This document shows, one piece after another, positions 1-9,112 of a DNA stretch of 64,000 nucleotides (position 1 is the first letter of the stretch; the number at the start of each line of letters is the position of its first letter). Where the stretch lies: IMG/VR virus record IMGVR_UViG_3300045999_004281, positions 1,819 through 65,818 of that record. One strand, given 5' to 3'. The position numbers were made by a program, and so were the translations under genes. A model generated the notes under the pieces. It was not told the DNA's origin. It did no database searches and saw nothing but the letters and a program-made list of their open reading frames with translations. The DNA is from a virus. Its lineage: Duplodnaviria > Caudoviricetes.

Positions 1-402
1 GTGCCGCAGTCTGTGGGTAAGGAGTTTGTCAAAGCTGACAAAGGTCTGAAGTTTGGCAAGGGGGCTCAGTCCCGTGCGGATCTTCAGAAAATCAACCGCC
101 CTGACACCCGTCACGGCAAGTCTGAACTTTTTGCAAAAGGTGGCGATATGAAAGAGTCCAAAGCAATGATGAAGAAGGAAGTCGGCTTCATGAAGAAGGC
201 CGGTGCTCCCAAGTCCATGATCAAGCATGAGATGAAGGAAGCGAAGATGGCCAACGGTGGCATCACCAAGGCCAAGATGGGCGCTGTGAAGACCGCTGCC
301 CCCAGCCGCGACGGCATCGCTTCCAAAGGCAAGACCAAAGGCACCATGGTCAAGATGGGTGCTGCCAAACCGCTGGGTATGAAAAAAGGCGGCTACTGCT
401 GA
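1..402 (+). CDS. Small basic K/M/G-rich virion-associated protein (probably 5'-partial)
   Basis: Open frame from base 1; FAKGG, MANGG and MKKGG motifs; RDGIASKGKTKG motif shared with next gene. Confidence 0.75.
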   Translation: MPQSVGKEFVKADKGLKFGKGAQSRADLQKINRPDTRHGKSELFAKGGDMKESKAMMKKEVGFMKKAGAPKSMIKHEMKEAKMANGGITKAKMGAVKTAAPSRDGIASKGKTKGTMVKMGAAKPLGMKKGGYC

Positions 403-414
403 TAGGAGTCCACC

Positions 415-654
415 ATGGACCAGAAGATGATGGATCGTATCCGCGAGCTGGAGAAGCGTCGCGCAGCCGGTGAGCGTGTTCCTGAACTGGACGCGCTCTA
501 CGAGCAAGTGGATCGTCGCGAGCAGCGCGGGTATGAATCCGTCAAGCCGCCGGTGCGCCCTGCGTCCGCTGCCAAACCGATGGCCAAGGGTGGCTACGTC
601 AAGGCCGCTGATGGCTGCGCTAAGCGTGGCAAGACCAAAGGTCGGATGGTGTAA
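415..654 (+). CDS. Small basic virion-associated protein
   Basis: TAGGAG RBS; MAKGG motif; C-terminal ADGCAKRGKTKGRMV. Confidence 0.8.
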   Translation: MDQKMMDRIRELEKRRAAGERVPELDALYEQVDRREQRGYESVKPPVRPASAAKPMAKGGYVKAADGCAKRGKTKGRMV

Positions 655-656
655 CC

Positions 657-935
657 ATGATGGCCAGCCGTGGCATGGGGGCCATTAATCCCAGCAAGAT
701 GCCCGAGAAGAAGGTCATTCGCCGCAAGGATGACCCGAACAACGTGGACATGTATGCCGACGGTGGCAAGGTGAACGCGGCTGGCAACTACACCAAGCCG
801 GGTCTGCGCAAGCGGATTGTGGCGCAGGTGAAGGCGGCTGCCACCCATGGGACGAAGGCTGGTCAGTGGTCTGCGCGTAAGGCGCAGCTCGTTGCCAAGA
901 AGTACAAGGCAGCGGGCGGGGGGTATCGGGATTGA
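657..935 (+). CDS. Small basic protein, resembles N-terminal half of DUF5872-type proteins
   Basis: YADGG motif followed by YTKPGLR...GQWSARKAQLVAKKYKAAGGGY. Confidence 0.75.
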   Translation: MMASRGMGAINPSKMPEKKVIRRKDDPNNVDMYADGGKVNAAGNYTKPGLRKRIVAQVKAAATHGTKAGQWSARKAQLVAKKYKAAGGGYRD

Positions 936-1165
936 AAGCGCCGCAGCAATCGCTCAAGGCTTGGGGGGACCAGAAGTGGCGGACCAAGTCCGGCAAGCCG
1001 TCTTCAAAGACGGGTGAGCGATACCTGCCCGAGGCCGCCATCAAGGCGCTGTCTCCTGCGGAGTACGCGGCGACGACCAAGGCTAAGCGTGCTGGCAAGA
1101 AGGCTGGCAAGCAGTTTGTGAAGCAGCCGCCCAAGGTGGCCGCCAAGACAGCGAGGTACCGGTGA
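932..1165 (+). CDS. Small basic protein, resembles C-terminal half of DUF5872-type proteins
   Basis: QQSLKAWGDQKWRTKSGK...ERYLPEAAIKALS...GKQFV; TTG start overlaps upstream stop. Confidence 0.75.
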   Translation: MKAPQQSLKAWGDQKWRTKSGKPSSKTGERYLPEAAIKALSPAEYAATTKAKRAGKKAGKQFVKQPPKVAAKTARYR

Positions 1166-1578
1166 TGGAGCCGTCTGAACTCAGGTTGTTCAAGGCGCAG
1201 GCGCAGGCTGAGCTGAATCGGCTTGAAGCGCAGGCGACTGCCAAGGATGTCGCGGGCAAAGCCATCGGCAAACATGGTCTTGCCTATATCACAGCGATCG
1301 TTTTGGTCGGTGTTATAGCCAGCCTATTCTTGGAGGAGTCCAAGATCGCGGCCGTGATCGGTCTGGTGTCTGCGGCTTTGACGGCGCTGATCGCCATGAT
1401 CAACGGGATCGCGGGTGCGTCCCCGAAGCAGGAGAAGCCTGAGTTCGAGATCATGAAGCAGCTCATCGACAAGCTGGATAAACTCGACCGGCAGGAAATG
1501 CCCATGCGGGTCGACGTAGAAGGTGAGAAGGTCACCGTGCGCAAGGGCGACGATGTGATCACCGCCAAGAAGGAATAA
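1162..1578 (+). CDS. Two-TM membrane protein
   Basis: Two hydrophobic helices (LAYITAIVLVGVIASLFL; IAAVIGLVSAALTALIAMI); start overlaps upstream stop. Confidence 0.7.
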   Translation: MMEPSELRLFKAQAQAELNRLEAQATAKDVAGKAIGKHGLAYITAIVLVGVIASLFLEESKIAAVIGLVSAALTALIAMINGIAGASPKQEKPEFEIMKQLIDKLDKLDRQEMPMRVDVEGEKVTVRKGDDVITAKKE

Positions 1579-1579
1579 C

Positions 1580-2509
1580 ATGGCCACTACCTCCGGAGTC
1601 TCCGCGTTTAACCTCGACCTCACTGAGCTGGTCGAAGAGGCGTTTGAGCGCGCCGGTTCGGAGTTGCGCAGTGGCTATGACTTGCGCACGGCTCGTCGCA
1701 GTCTGAACATCATGTTCGCTGACTGGGCCAACCGTGGCATCAACATGTGGACGATCGAGCAGGGCGTCATTGACTTCGTGCAGGGGCAGAATACCTACGC
1801 GCTGCCTAACGATACGGTTGACCTACTTGAGCACATGATTCGCACGGGTGGCAACGTTGCCGCCACGCAGGCGGACCTGACCATCACCCGGATCAGTGTT
1901 TCTACCTACGCCACGATCCCCAACAAGCTGACGCAGGCCCGACCCATTCAGGTCTGGATCCAGCGTTACAACGGCCAGAACTCCCCGGTTGCCGCCACGC
2001 TGGTGGGCACCATTAACGCCTCGGTCACCACGATCACGCTGAGCAACACTGATGGCCTCCCTGCCGCTGGCTTCGTCAAGATCGACAACGAGATCATCAA
2101 CTACGGGTATATCGAAGGCAACGTCCTGTACAACTGCTTCCGTGCGCAGCAGAACACGACGGCGGCCTCTCACACCAACGGCGCGACGGTCTACTGGGCG
2201 CAGGTCCCGGCCGTCACGGTCTGGCCCACTCCCGATGGCTCGCAGACCTATCAGTTCGTCTACTGGCGCTTGCGCCGTACGCAGGACGCTGGTGGCGGTG
2301 TTAACGTCATGGACGTGCCCTTCCGGTTCATTCCCTGCATGGCTGCAGGGCTGGCCTACTACGTCGCGAGCAAGGTGCCGGGCGGCATGGAGCGCCTACC
2401 CATCCTGAAGGCTCAGTACGACGAGGCTTGGGAGCTGGCGGCGTATGAAGACCACGAGAAGGCCGCGCTGAGGCTGGTGCCCCGGCAGATGTATATCGGG
2501 AGAGGCTGA
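1580..2509 (+). CDS. Head-tail connector/adaptor-like virion protein with inserted beta domain
   Basis: AAGGAA RBS; EEAFERAG...ARRSLN...WANRG N-terminus and DVPFRFIPCMAAGLAYY C-terminus typical of phage adaptor proteins; position after head genes. Confidence 0.65.
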   Translation: MATTSGVSAFNLDLTELVEEAFERAGSELRSGYDLRTARRSLNIMFADWANRGINMWTIEQGVIDFVQGQNTYALPNDTVDLLEHMIRTGGNVAATQADLTITRISVSTYATIPNKLTQARPIQVWIQRYNGQNSPVAATLVGTINASVTTITLSNTDGLPAAGFVKIDNEIINYGYIEGNVLYNCFRAQQNTTAASHTNGATVYWAQVPAVTVWPTPDGSQTYQFVYWRLRRTQDAGGGVNVMDVPFRFIPCMAAGLAYYVASKVPGGMERLPILKAQYDEAWELAAYEDHEKAALRLVPRQMYIGRG

Positions 2510-2937
2510 TGCCCAATCGCTTTGCCTCTGGTAAGTGGGCGATTGCGCAGTGCGACCGTTGCGACCAGCGGTTTAAGCTAAAAGTCCTCAAACGAGAGAT
2601 CATCAAGGGTAAGAACTACGACCTGTTGGTCTGCCCGGAGTGCTGGGATCCAGATCAGCCGCAGTTGCATCTGGGTGAGACGCCGGTTGAAGACCCGCAG
2701 GCCCTGCGTAATCCGCGTCCGGACCGCAGCTACAAGATCTCGGGGCTGTCCGGCCTGCAGGTGCAGGAGACGACGAGCCCCAACCCGCTTGCCCAAGGTA
2801 CGTTGGAGATGGGTAGCAGGATCATCCAGTGGGGGTGGAACCCAGTTGGCGGTGCGAGTCTGAATGATTACGGGCTCACACCTAATAACTTGGTGATCAC
2901 AGTGGAACTTGGTACAGTAACGGTAGCTACGACGTAA
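2509..2937 (+). CDS. Hypothetical morphogenesis protein with CxxC...CxxC
   Basis: CDRC...CPECWD...HL...DPQALRNPRPD; TGATG coupling. Confidence 0.75.
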   Translation: MPNRFASGKWAIAQCDRCDQRFKLKVLKREIIKGKNYDLLVCPECWDPDQPQLHLGETPVEDPQALRNPRPDRSYKISGLSGLQVQETTSPNPLAQGTLEMGSRIIQWGWNPVGGASLNDYGLTPNNLVITVELGTVTVATT

Positions 2938-2947
2938 GGAGTCGAAC

Positions 2948-3124
2948 ATGGACGCAAAGAAAGTCGCCGCCACTGCGGTGCACAAGCACGAGAAGGCTAT
3001 GCACCCGGGCAAGCCCATGACCAAAATGAAAGCAGGCGGCAAGACCAACGCCGACATGCTCAAGTACGGTCGCAACATGGCCAAGGTGATGAACCAGCGC
3101 AGCCCCGGCCGCAAGGGAGCCTGA
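2948..3124 (+). CDS. 58-aa basic peptide (not in ORF track)
   Basis: TAAGGAG RBS; translated by hand MDAKKVAATAVHKHEKAMHPGKPMTKMKAGGKTN...; fills gap exactly. Confidence 0.75.
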   Translation: MDAKKVAATAVHKHEKAMHPGKPMTKMKAGGKTNADMLKYGRNMAKVMNQRSPGRKGA

Positions 3125-3125
3125 T

Positions 3126-3377
3126 ATGCACAGCCAAGACGAGTTCAAGTACTTCCCGGCGGATACCAAAGATCCGATCGGCAAGTACGTCCAACCCAAG
3201 GTTTACGCGTCTGTCACGGTGGGCGAGGAGCCTGCCAAAGAGACCATGCGCAAGGCCAACGTGAGCGTGGCTAACGTTCGCAGTCAAGATTACGCCCCGA
3301 CCAAGACCAGTGGTACGCAAATGCGTGGCGCAGGCGCGGCTACGAAGGGCAAGATGTCTCGCGGTCCGCTGGCCTGA
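3126..3377 (+). CDS. Small basic virion-associated protein
   Basis: C-terminal MRGAGAATKG motif related to neighbouring peptides. Confidence 0.75.
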   Translation: MHSQDEFKYFPADTKDPIGKYVQPKVYASVTVGEEPAKETMRKANVSVANVRSQDYAPTKTSGTQMRGAGAATKGKMSRGPLA

Positions 3378-3378
3378 T

Positions 3379-4080
3379 ATGAACTACACCGAGTTGAGCA
3401 ACGCCATTCAGGCGTATACGCAGAACTACGAACAGGACTTCGTAGACAACATCCCTGTCTTCGTTCGGCAGGCTGAGCAGCGTATCTACAACTCGGTGCA
3501 GTTCCCGTCGCTTCGTAAGAACGTGACGGGCATCACCACGGCCGCCAATAAGTACTTGTCTGCCCCCACTGACTTTCTCGCGGTTTATTCGCTGGCGGTT
3601 GTGGACGGCACGGGCAACTACGAGTACCTGCTCAACAAGGACGTGAACTTCATCCGGCAGGCATACCCCAGCCCGTCGGATCAGGCACTGCCCAAGTACT
3701 ACGCCCTGTTTGGCCCCACGACCACGGGTAGCCCAAACCCTGTGTTGACCGACGAGCTGTCGTTCATCCTCGGCCCGACGCCTGACGCGCAGTACACGGT
3801 TGAGCTTCACTACTTCTTCTACCCCGAGTCGATTACTGTGGCCGCTGACGGTCAGACTTGGCTGGGTGACAACTTCGACTCCGTGCTGCTCTATGGCTCG
3901 CTGGTCGAGGCGTACACGTTCATGAAGGGTGAGACCGACATGCTTACGCTGTACAACACCAAGTACAACGAAGCGCTGGGTCTGGCCAAACGTCTGGGTG
4001 ATGGGCTCGAGCGTAGCGACGCTTACCGTAACGGGCAGTTCCGTGCGCCGCCCTTGCCACAGACTAACGGAGTGGCCTGA
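3379..4080 (+). CDS. Tail adaptor / tail tubular protein A-like
   Basis: MNYTEL..AIQAY...FVRQAEQRI...GPTPD...LLYGSLVEAY pattern; start reassigned to ATG 3379. Confidence 0.7.
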   Translation: MNYTELSNAIQAYTQNYEQDFVDNIPVFVRQAEQRIYNSVQFPSLRKNVTGITTAANKYLSAPTDFLAVYSLAVVDGTGNYEYLLNKDVNFIRQAYPSPSDQALPKYYALFGPTTTGSPNPVLTDELSFILGPTPDAQYTVELHYFFYPESITVAADGQTWLGDNFDSVLLYGSLVEAYTFMKGETDMLTLYNTKYNEALGLAKRLGDGLERSDAYRNGQFRAPPLPQTNGVA

Positions 4081-4505
4081 TGGCGTTTACTGGCAACTAC
4101 TCCTGCAACACGCTTCGCTCGGGGCTTGCCAACGGGACGATCAACTTCGCTTCAGATACGTTCTATCTGGCGTTGTACACCAATGCGGCCACGCTTAATG
4201 ATCTGACCACGGCATACACGACCACGGGCGAGGCTACCGGTGGCAACTATGTCGCGGGTGGGCAGATCGTCACTGCCACTATCACTTCGCAGGCAGATAA
4301 CGCGGGCGGTAGCACGACCTTCATCAATTTTTCCTCTCCGGCTTGGACTGGTGTGATCACGGCGCGCGGCGCGTTGATCTACACGCCGGGGGACAACGGG
4401 GCAGTGTGCGTGCTGGACTTCGGCGCGGACAAAACTTCGGCCACTTCCTTCACTGTGCAGATGCCCGCTAACACAAGCACTTCTGCGCTCATCCGGCTTG
4501 TTTAA
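4080..4505 (+). CDS. Tail/virion structural protein
   Basis: FYLALYT...GGNYVAGG...ARGALIY...VLDFG pattern; coupled start. Confidence 0.7.
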   Translation: MAFTGNYSCNTLRSGLANGTINFASDTFYLALYTNAATLNDLTTAYTTTGEATGGNYVAGGQIVTATITSQADNAGGSTTFINFSSPAWTGVITARGALIYTPGDNGAVCVLDFGADKTSATSFTVQMPANTSTSALIRLV

Positions 4506-4514
4506 GGAGCGAAC

Positions 4515-5036
4515 ATGTTCAACGAAAAAGTTAAAGCTGGCGGCGTCTTCACCGTGCAGTGTTTCGACAAAGAAGGTAACCTGAAGTGGTCTGAAGAGAA
4601 CCACAACCTCGTAGTGAACGAGGGTCTTCAGGACATGAACAACAAGTACTTCACCGGTAGTGGGTACACGGCCGCTTGGTACATCGGCCTGTATGGCGCG
4701 GCTTCTTCCAACAACCCCGCCGCTGGCGACACGATGGCGTCTCATGCGGGCTGGACTGAAGTGACGGCGTATAGCCAAGCCACTCGCCCGGCCGCTACGT
4801 TTGCCGCTGCGTCTCTGGCTGACCCCTCCGTCATCACGAACACTGCTTCTCCGGCCACGTTCAGCATCAACGGTACGACTGTTGTGGGCGGCGCGTTCCT
4901 CACCAGCAACAACACCAAGGGCGGCACGACCGGTATCTTGTTCTCCGCCTCGGACTTTCAGTCCCCCGGCGACCGTTCGGTGGTCAGTGGCGACACGTTG
5001 ACTGTGACCTACACCTTCAGCCTTGACGCTGCTTAA
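4515..5036 (+). CDS. Tail/virion structural protein
   Basis: TAAGGAG RBS; HNLVVNEG...WYIGL...GDTLTVTY pattern. Confidence 0.7.
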   Translation: MFNEKVKAGGVFTVQCFDKEGNLKWSEENHNLVVNEGLQDMNNKYFTGSGYTAAWYIGLYGAASSNNPAAGDTMASHAGWTEVTAYSQATRPAATFAAASLADPSVITNTASPATFSINGTTVVGGAFLTSNNTKGGTTGILFSASDFQSPGDRSVVSGDTLTVTYTFSLDAA

Positions 5037-5045
5037 GGAGACGCT

Positions 5046-5225
5046 GTGGCTACTCAGTTCCAAAAGGGCGACGTTGTAAAGCTTGCGGTACCCGCGCCTC
5101 AAGGCCCGGTGCTGGCTCTGCGCATGACTGAGGATGGTGTAGTCCAGTACCTCGTGTCTTGGGTGGACGCCAACGGTATCGAGCAACAACGCTGGTTTGA
5201 CGAAGACAAACTGACGGGGGCCTGA
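5046..5225 (+). CDS. 59-aa SH3-like (YodC/DUF2158-like) protein (not in ORF track)
   Basis: TAAGGAG RBS, GTG start; FQKGDVVKL...VSWVD...RWFDEDKL. Confidence 0.65.
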   Translation: MATQFQKGDVVKLAVPAPQGPVLALRMTEDGVVQYLVSWVDANGIEQQRWFDEDKLTGA

Positions 5226-5226
5226 T

Positions 5227-5685
5227 ATGGCCTTCGTACTTGCGGACCGGGTCCGCGAGACCACGACAACGACGGGCACCGGATCGGTGACGTTGGCTGG
5301 GGCTGTCACGGGCTTCCAGACTTTCGCGGCCATCGGTAACGCCAACACCACCTACTACACCATCGCTGGACAAGGTACCAACGAGTGGGAGGTAGGGATC
5401 GGTACGTACACGGCCTCGGGCACCACGTTGTCTCGGGATACTGTACTGGCGTCGAGCAACTCGGGTTCGCTCGTCAACTTCTCCGCTGGCACCAAGGATG
5501 TGTTCTGCGACTACCCCGCAGGGCGAGCCGTGCAGGGCGGTATGGGCTACATCGAGAACGCGGCGACTGTCAGCGTGTCCTCGACCATCAACTCCGGCAA
5601 CAACGCCATCAGCGGAGGCCCCGTGACAATCAATAGCGGTGTCACGGTCACCGTGCCTTCGGGCTCGACTTGGACGGTCGTCTGA
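5227..5685 (+). CDS. Tail fibre-associated structural protein
   Basis: LADRVRETTTTTGTG...EWEVGIGTY...; C-terminal GPVTINSGVTVTVPSGSTW. Confidence 0.7.
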   Translation: MAFVLADRVRETTTTTGTGSVTLAGAVTGFQTFAAIGNANTTYYTIAGQGTNEWEVGIGTYTASGTTLSRDTVLASSNSGSLVNFSAGTKDVFCDYPAGRAVQGGMGYIENAATVSVSSTINSGNNAISGGPVTINSGVTVTVPSGSTWTVV

Positions 5686-6836
5686 TGTTTGGCTTCTACG
5701 CGTTCTCCACCACCGCCATCTCTGCGCTGGCGGGGAACGTGTTCACGGCTGCGGTTATCGAGAGCGCGACTGGGGCTGACCAGATTGCAGCGAAAGCAAC
5801 GTTTCCCACGGCGGTTGCCGAGTCAGCCACAGGGTCAGACACCGCCGCTGCGCGTATCACTTTCGGTTCGTCTGTTTCTGAGACGGCCACAGGGTCTGAC
5901 GCGGTTGCATCTGCTGCCACTTTTGGCGGGGTGATTAACGAGTCTGCGACCGGCACTGATACCGCGTCTGCCGTAGCAACGTTCTTGGGGCTGGTCAATG
6001 AGACGGCCACGGGGTCAGATGCCACCGCGTCCACGCCCACCTACGCCACCAATATCTCCGAGACTGCCACCGGGGCTGACTCTGTGGTTGCAGGTGCTGC
6101 GCTCACCTCTTCCATATCTGAAACCGCGCAAGGTGTTGATTTCACGTTCACTCAGCATGCGCTGTTTGGCGTCGTGGACGAAGGTGCGTCAGGTGTTGAT
6201 ACTGTGGCGGCTAACGCTACATTCCCGACGAGCGTTGCCGAAAGTGCGACTGGGTCTGACGCGATTAGCAGTGTCCCGACGTACTCCACTCAGATAAGTG
6301 AGAGCGCGACTGGGGTTGACGCGGTGTCTTCGTCGCCGGTGTATTCGTCTCAGGTTGCCGAGACGGCGTCTGGTGTTGATGCCACTGCGTCCAGCTTCAC
6401 GTTCTTCGGAAACATCCAAGAGACGGCCACCGCGCAAGACACCGTGGCCGCGCAATCGGCGGTGAACGCAGCAGTTGTTGAGCAGGCTACTGGGGCGGGC
6501 GTTACAGCCGCAAAAGCTACGTTCCCCGTTTCCGTGTCTGAGGCGGCTACCGCGCAAGATATTGTGGCAGCGGCTGCTGTTTTTAGGGCGATCATTCTCG
6601 AGAACTCCAACATCTCGGACACGCTGTTGGCGCGACTGCTTTGGGAGTTGATCGTCGACGCGCAGACTGCAGACTGGGTGAACGTGAATGACGCGAACAC
6701 TCCGGGCTGGCAAAATATTGATGCGGCTGCGCCGAGTAGCTGGACCGTTGTTCAGGCCACTGCAAACCCCGGCTGGGGTAACGTAGACGACTCGGAAGAC
6801 CCGGGCTGGCAAAACGTCAACACCAAGCAGCCGTAA
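5685..6836 (+). CDS. Repetitive fibrous virion protein
   Basis: About 15 x 20-aa E[ST]ATGxD repeats, then 6 x 11-aa Trp repeats; TGATG coupling. Confidence 0.8.
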   Translation: MFGFYAFSTTAISALAGNVFTAAVIESATGADQIAAKATFPTAVAESATGSDTAAARITFGSSVSETATGSDAVASAATFGGVINESATGTDTASAVATFLGLVNETATGSDATASTPTYATNISETATGADSVVAGAALTSSISETAQGVDFTFTQHALFGVVDEGASGVDTVAANATFPTSVAESATGSDAISSVPTYSTQISESATGVDAVSSSPVYSSQVAETASGVDATASSFTFFGNIQETATAQDTVAAQSAVNAAVVEQATGAGVTAAKATFPVSVSEAATAQDIVAAAAVFRAIILENSNISDTLLARLLWELIVDAQTADWVNVNDANTPGWQNIDAAAPSSWTVVQATANPGWGNVDDSEDPGWQNVNTKQP

Positions 6837-6845
6837 GGAAAGAAC

Positions 6846-7391
6846 ATGCCACTTGTCTTTAACGGCTCTGGAACTATTGGAGGGCTCTCCGTCGGAGGGC
6901 TACCTGACGCTACGGTCACTGCGGCTGATTTGGCGTCGGGCGCAGCACGCACCAATTTTGGCGCGGGCGCGCTGTTGCAGGTTGTGCAAACTGCCACTAC
7001 GTCTACAGCCTCCACTACGAGTGGCTCTTACGTTGATTTGACGGGCCTGTCTGTCTCCATAACACCGTCCAGTACCAGCAACAAAATTTTGGTTGCGTAC
7101 GCCATAAACTGTTCTAACGATACCGACACAGGTATTTTTGTCGAAATTCAACGGGGGTCTACCAGCATCGCAACAAACTGGGCTTACTACGGCCAACCGG
7201 CTAACTTTACGTTTTCGGGTTACCCAATCACTTGTGTGTATCTTGATTCCCCGTCAACGACTTCTTCCACGACGTACAAGCTACGTTGGCGCGCTGACGT
7301 AGGAGGTCAGGCCGTATATCTCAACCGCAGCGAAAACGGAGCGCAGACTGGCTTTATGTCTAGCATCACTGTCATGGAGATCGCAGGGTGA
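6846..7391 (+). CDS. Tail fibre / receptor-binding protein
   Basis: TAAGGA RBS; LQVVQT...LSVSITPSSTSNKILV...LDSPSTTSSTTYK...ITVMEIAG fibre-tip pattern. Confidence 0.7.
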   Translation: MPLVFNGSGTIGGLSVGGLPDATVTAADLASGAARTNFGAGALLQVVQTATTSTASTTSGSYVDLTGLSVSITPSSTSNKILVAYAINCSNDTDTGIFVEIQRGSTSIATNWAYYGQPANFTFSGYPITCVYLDSPSTTSSTTYKLRWRADVGGQAVYLNRSENGAQTGFMSSITVMEIAG

Positions 7392-7681
7392 CAACTAAAT
7401 CTGCAGCCCTTGTCTCTCTTCGCCCCGGTGCTCAGTGGTCGCTGGTGGGTGACAGCCTCGCATGGCTCGACACCGAACAGACTCGTCCGACTGACGCTGA
7501 GATTGACGCGGAAGTTGCTCGTCTTAAGGCTGAATACGCAGCCAAGGAGTACCAACGCCAGCGCGCAGCCGAGTACCCATCTATCGTTGATCAGTTTGAT
7601 CTGCTGTACCACGGCGGCTACGATGCTTGGCGCGAAGCGATTCAGGCTGTGAAGGATAAGTATCCGAAGGAGCAGCCGTGA
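7388..7681 (+). CDS. Tail fibre chaperone-like protein
   Basis: LRPGAQW...YQRQRAAEYPSIVDQFDLLYH...VKDKYPK; directly follows fibre gene. Confidence 0.65.
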   Translation: MTTKSAALVSLRPGAQWSLVGDSLAWLDTEQTRPTDAEIDAEVARLKAEYAAKEYQRQRAAEYPSIVDQFDLLYHGGYDAWREAIQAVKDKYPKEQP

Positions 7682-8262
7682 GTTCCGTAAAAGTACAGGG
7701 CAACGTAAGCGGCACCGGCATCTTCACGGTCGCCGCACCCAACAGCAACAGCGACCGGACACTGACGCTCCCAAATGCCTCCGGTACGTTGGACGCCATT
7801 CCATCCGGAACGGCGATGATGTTCGTGCAGACCTCCGCGCCGACAGGTTGGACTAAGAGCACTACGCACAACGACAAGGCGCTTCGAGTTGTATCTGGGA
7901 GCGCAAGTTCCGGCGGCTCTGTTGCATTCACAACCGCGTTTACATCGCAGGGTGTCAGCGGTACTGTTGGAGCAACCACGCTTTCCACCAGCCAAATTCC
8001 CGGCCACACGCACATCGTCACGACGCTCGGTTTTGCGGGAGACCTCGGGTTTCAACCCGCCCAAGGCGGAGGCGACGGTAGCTGGTACGGTTTTTCAGAT
8101 ACCCCCGAGGGTACGCATAACGAGGGTGGCCCCGGCGGTGCAACATCTGCGGCGTACGCTCGGTCTACTGGTGGTGGCGGCTCTCACAACCATTCGTTCT
8201 CTGGAACGGCGATTAATTTGGCCGTGCAATACGTCGATGTAATTATTGCAACAAAAGACTGA
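7678..8262 (+). CDS. Tail fibre/collar-domain protein
   Basis: IPSGTAMMFVQTSAPTGW...TLSTSQIPGHTH...GGGGSHNH. Confidence 0.7.
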   Translation: MSSVKVQGNVSGTGIFTVAAPNSNSDRTLTLPNASGTLDAIPSGTAMMFVQTSAPTGWTKSTTHNDKALRVVSGSASSGGSVAFTTAFTSQGVSGTVGATTLSTSQIPGHTHIVTTLGFAGDLGFQPAQGGGDGSWYGFSDTPEGTHNEGGPGGATSAAYARSTGGGGSHNHSFSGTAINLAVQYVDVIIATKD

Positions 8263-8822
8263 TGTTTAACCTCGAGCATTTCATCCGCGTAGAACACAAC
8301 GTCTTGCCCGACGCTGTGTGCCGCGCTCTGCTTGAGGAGTACGCGGGTTCTTCTGAGTGGGTCCCGGCAAAGACAATAGCGGGGGTAAACCCCAACATCC
8401 GTAATTGCGACACCATCAAGATGTCAACGGTTGAATCGCTGGCGGTTAACCGCCCGACGCGTGTAGAGCTGGACAATAAAATACTGGGGTCGTTGTATCT
8501 GGCAGCAAAAAGTTACTTCGAACAGTTCCCCCGCGCTACCTGTAAACAAGACTCTGGGTACGAGCTACTACGATATCGTGAAGGTGGGTTTTTTAAGGAG
8601 CACGTGGACTACAACGCTGCGGTTACCCAGCGACAGGTCTCGTTCAGTTTTGCGTTGAATGACGACTACGAGGGAGGAGAATTCAAATTTGCGGGTAGCG
8701 ATAGACTGTATCGGATACCCAAAGGCGCGTGTCTTGCCTTCCCCTCGAACTTCGTGTTCCCGCACCAGATTCTCCCCGTAACATCTGGTACCCGCTACTC
8801 TGTCGTTACTTGGATGTACTAA
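8262..8822 (+). CDS. 2OG-Fe(II) oxygenase (prolyl-4-hydroxylase-like)
   Basis: LRY..GGFFKEHVD (HxD), LNDDYEGGEF, FPSN..FPH, GTRYS. Confidence 0.9.
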   Translation: MFNLEHFIRVEHNVLPDAVCRALLEEYAGSSEWVPAKTIAGVNPNIRNCDTIKMSTVESLAVNRPTRVELDNKILGSLYLAAKSYFEQFPRATCKQDSGYELLRYREGGFFKEHVDYNAAVTQRQVSFSFALNDDYEGGEFKFAGSDRLYRIPKGACLAFPSNFVFPHQILPVTSGTRYSVVTWMY

Positions 8823-9112
8823 TGCAGATCGAACCCAAAGCCAACTGCCCGCTGAACAAGTTTGAACCTTGTAAGCAGCTTGAGTGCGCTTGGTTCACGA
8901 AGATCGTCGGACACAACCCGAACACCGGCGCACAAGTCGATGAGTGGGGCTGCGCGGTCGTGTGGCTACCCATCCTCCTCATCGAGAACAGCCAGCAGCA
9001 GCGTCAAACGGGGGCGGCGGTTGAGTCATTTCGTAATGCTATGGTGGCGGACAATGCTCGCCTGCTGTCTGGCGCACACGCGCACAAAGCGCTTGCTGGG
9101 GGAGAACAATGA
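8822..9112 (+). CDS. Cys-rich hypothetical protein
   Basis: CPL...C...CAW...GHNPNTG...WGCAV...GAAVESFRN; coupled start. Confidence 0.75.
   Translation: MQIEPKANCPLNKFEPCKQLECAWFTKIVGHNPNTGAQVDEWGCAVVWLPILLIENSQQQRQTGAAVESFRNAMVADNARLLSGAHAHKALAGGEQ

Noticed and set aside
905-940. Programmed -1 frameshift fusing the two DUF5872-like halves at a G run
   Set aside because: No canonical slippery heptamer or stimulatory structure; ordinary TTGA start/stop coupling explains it.
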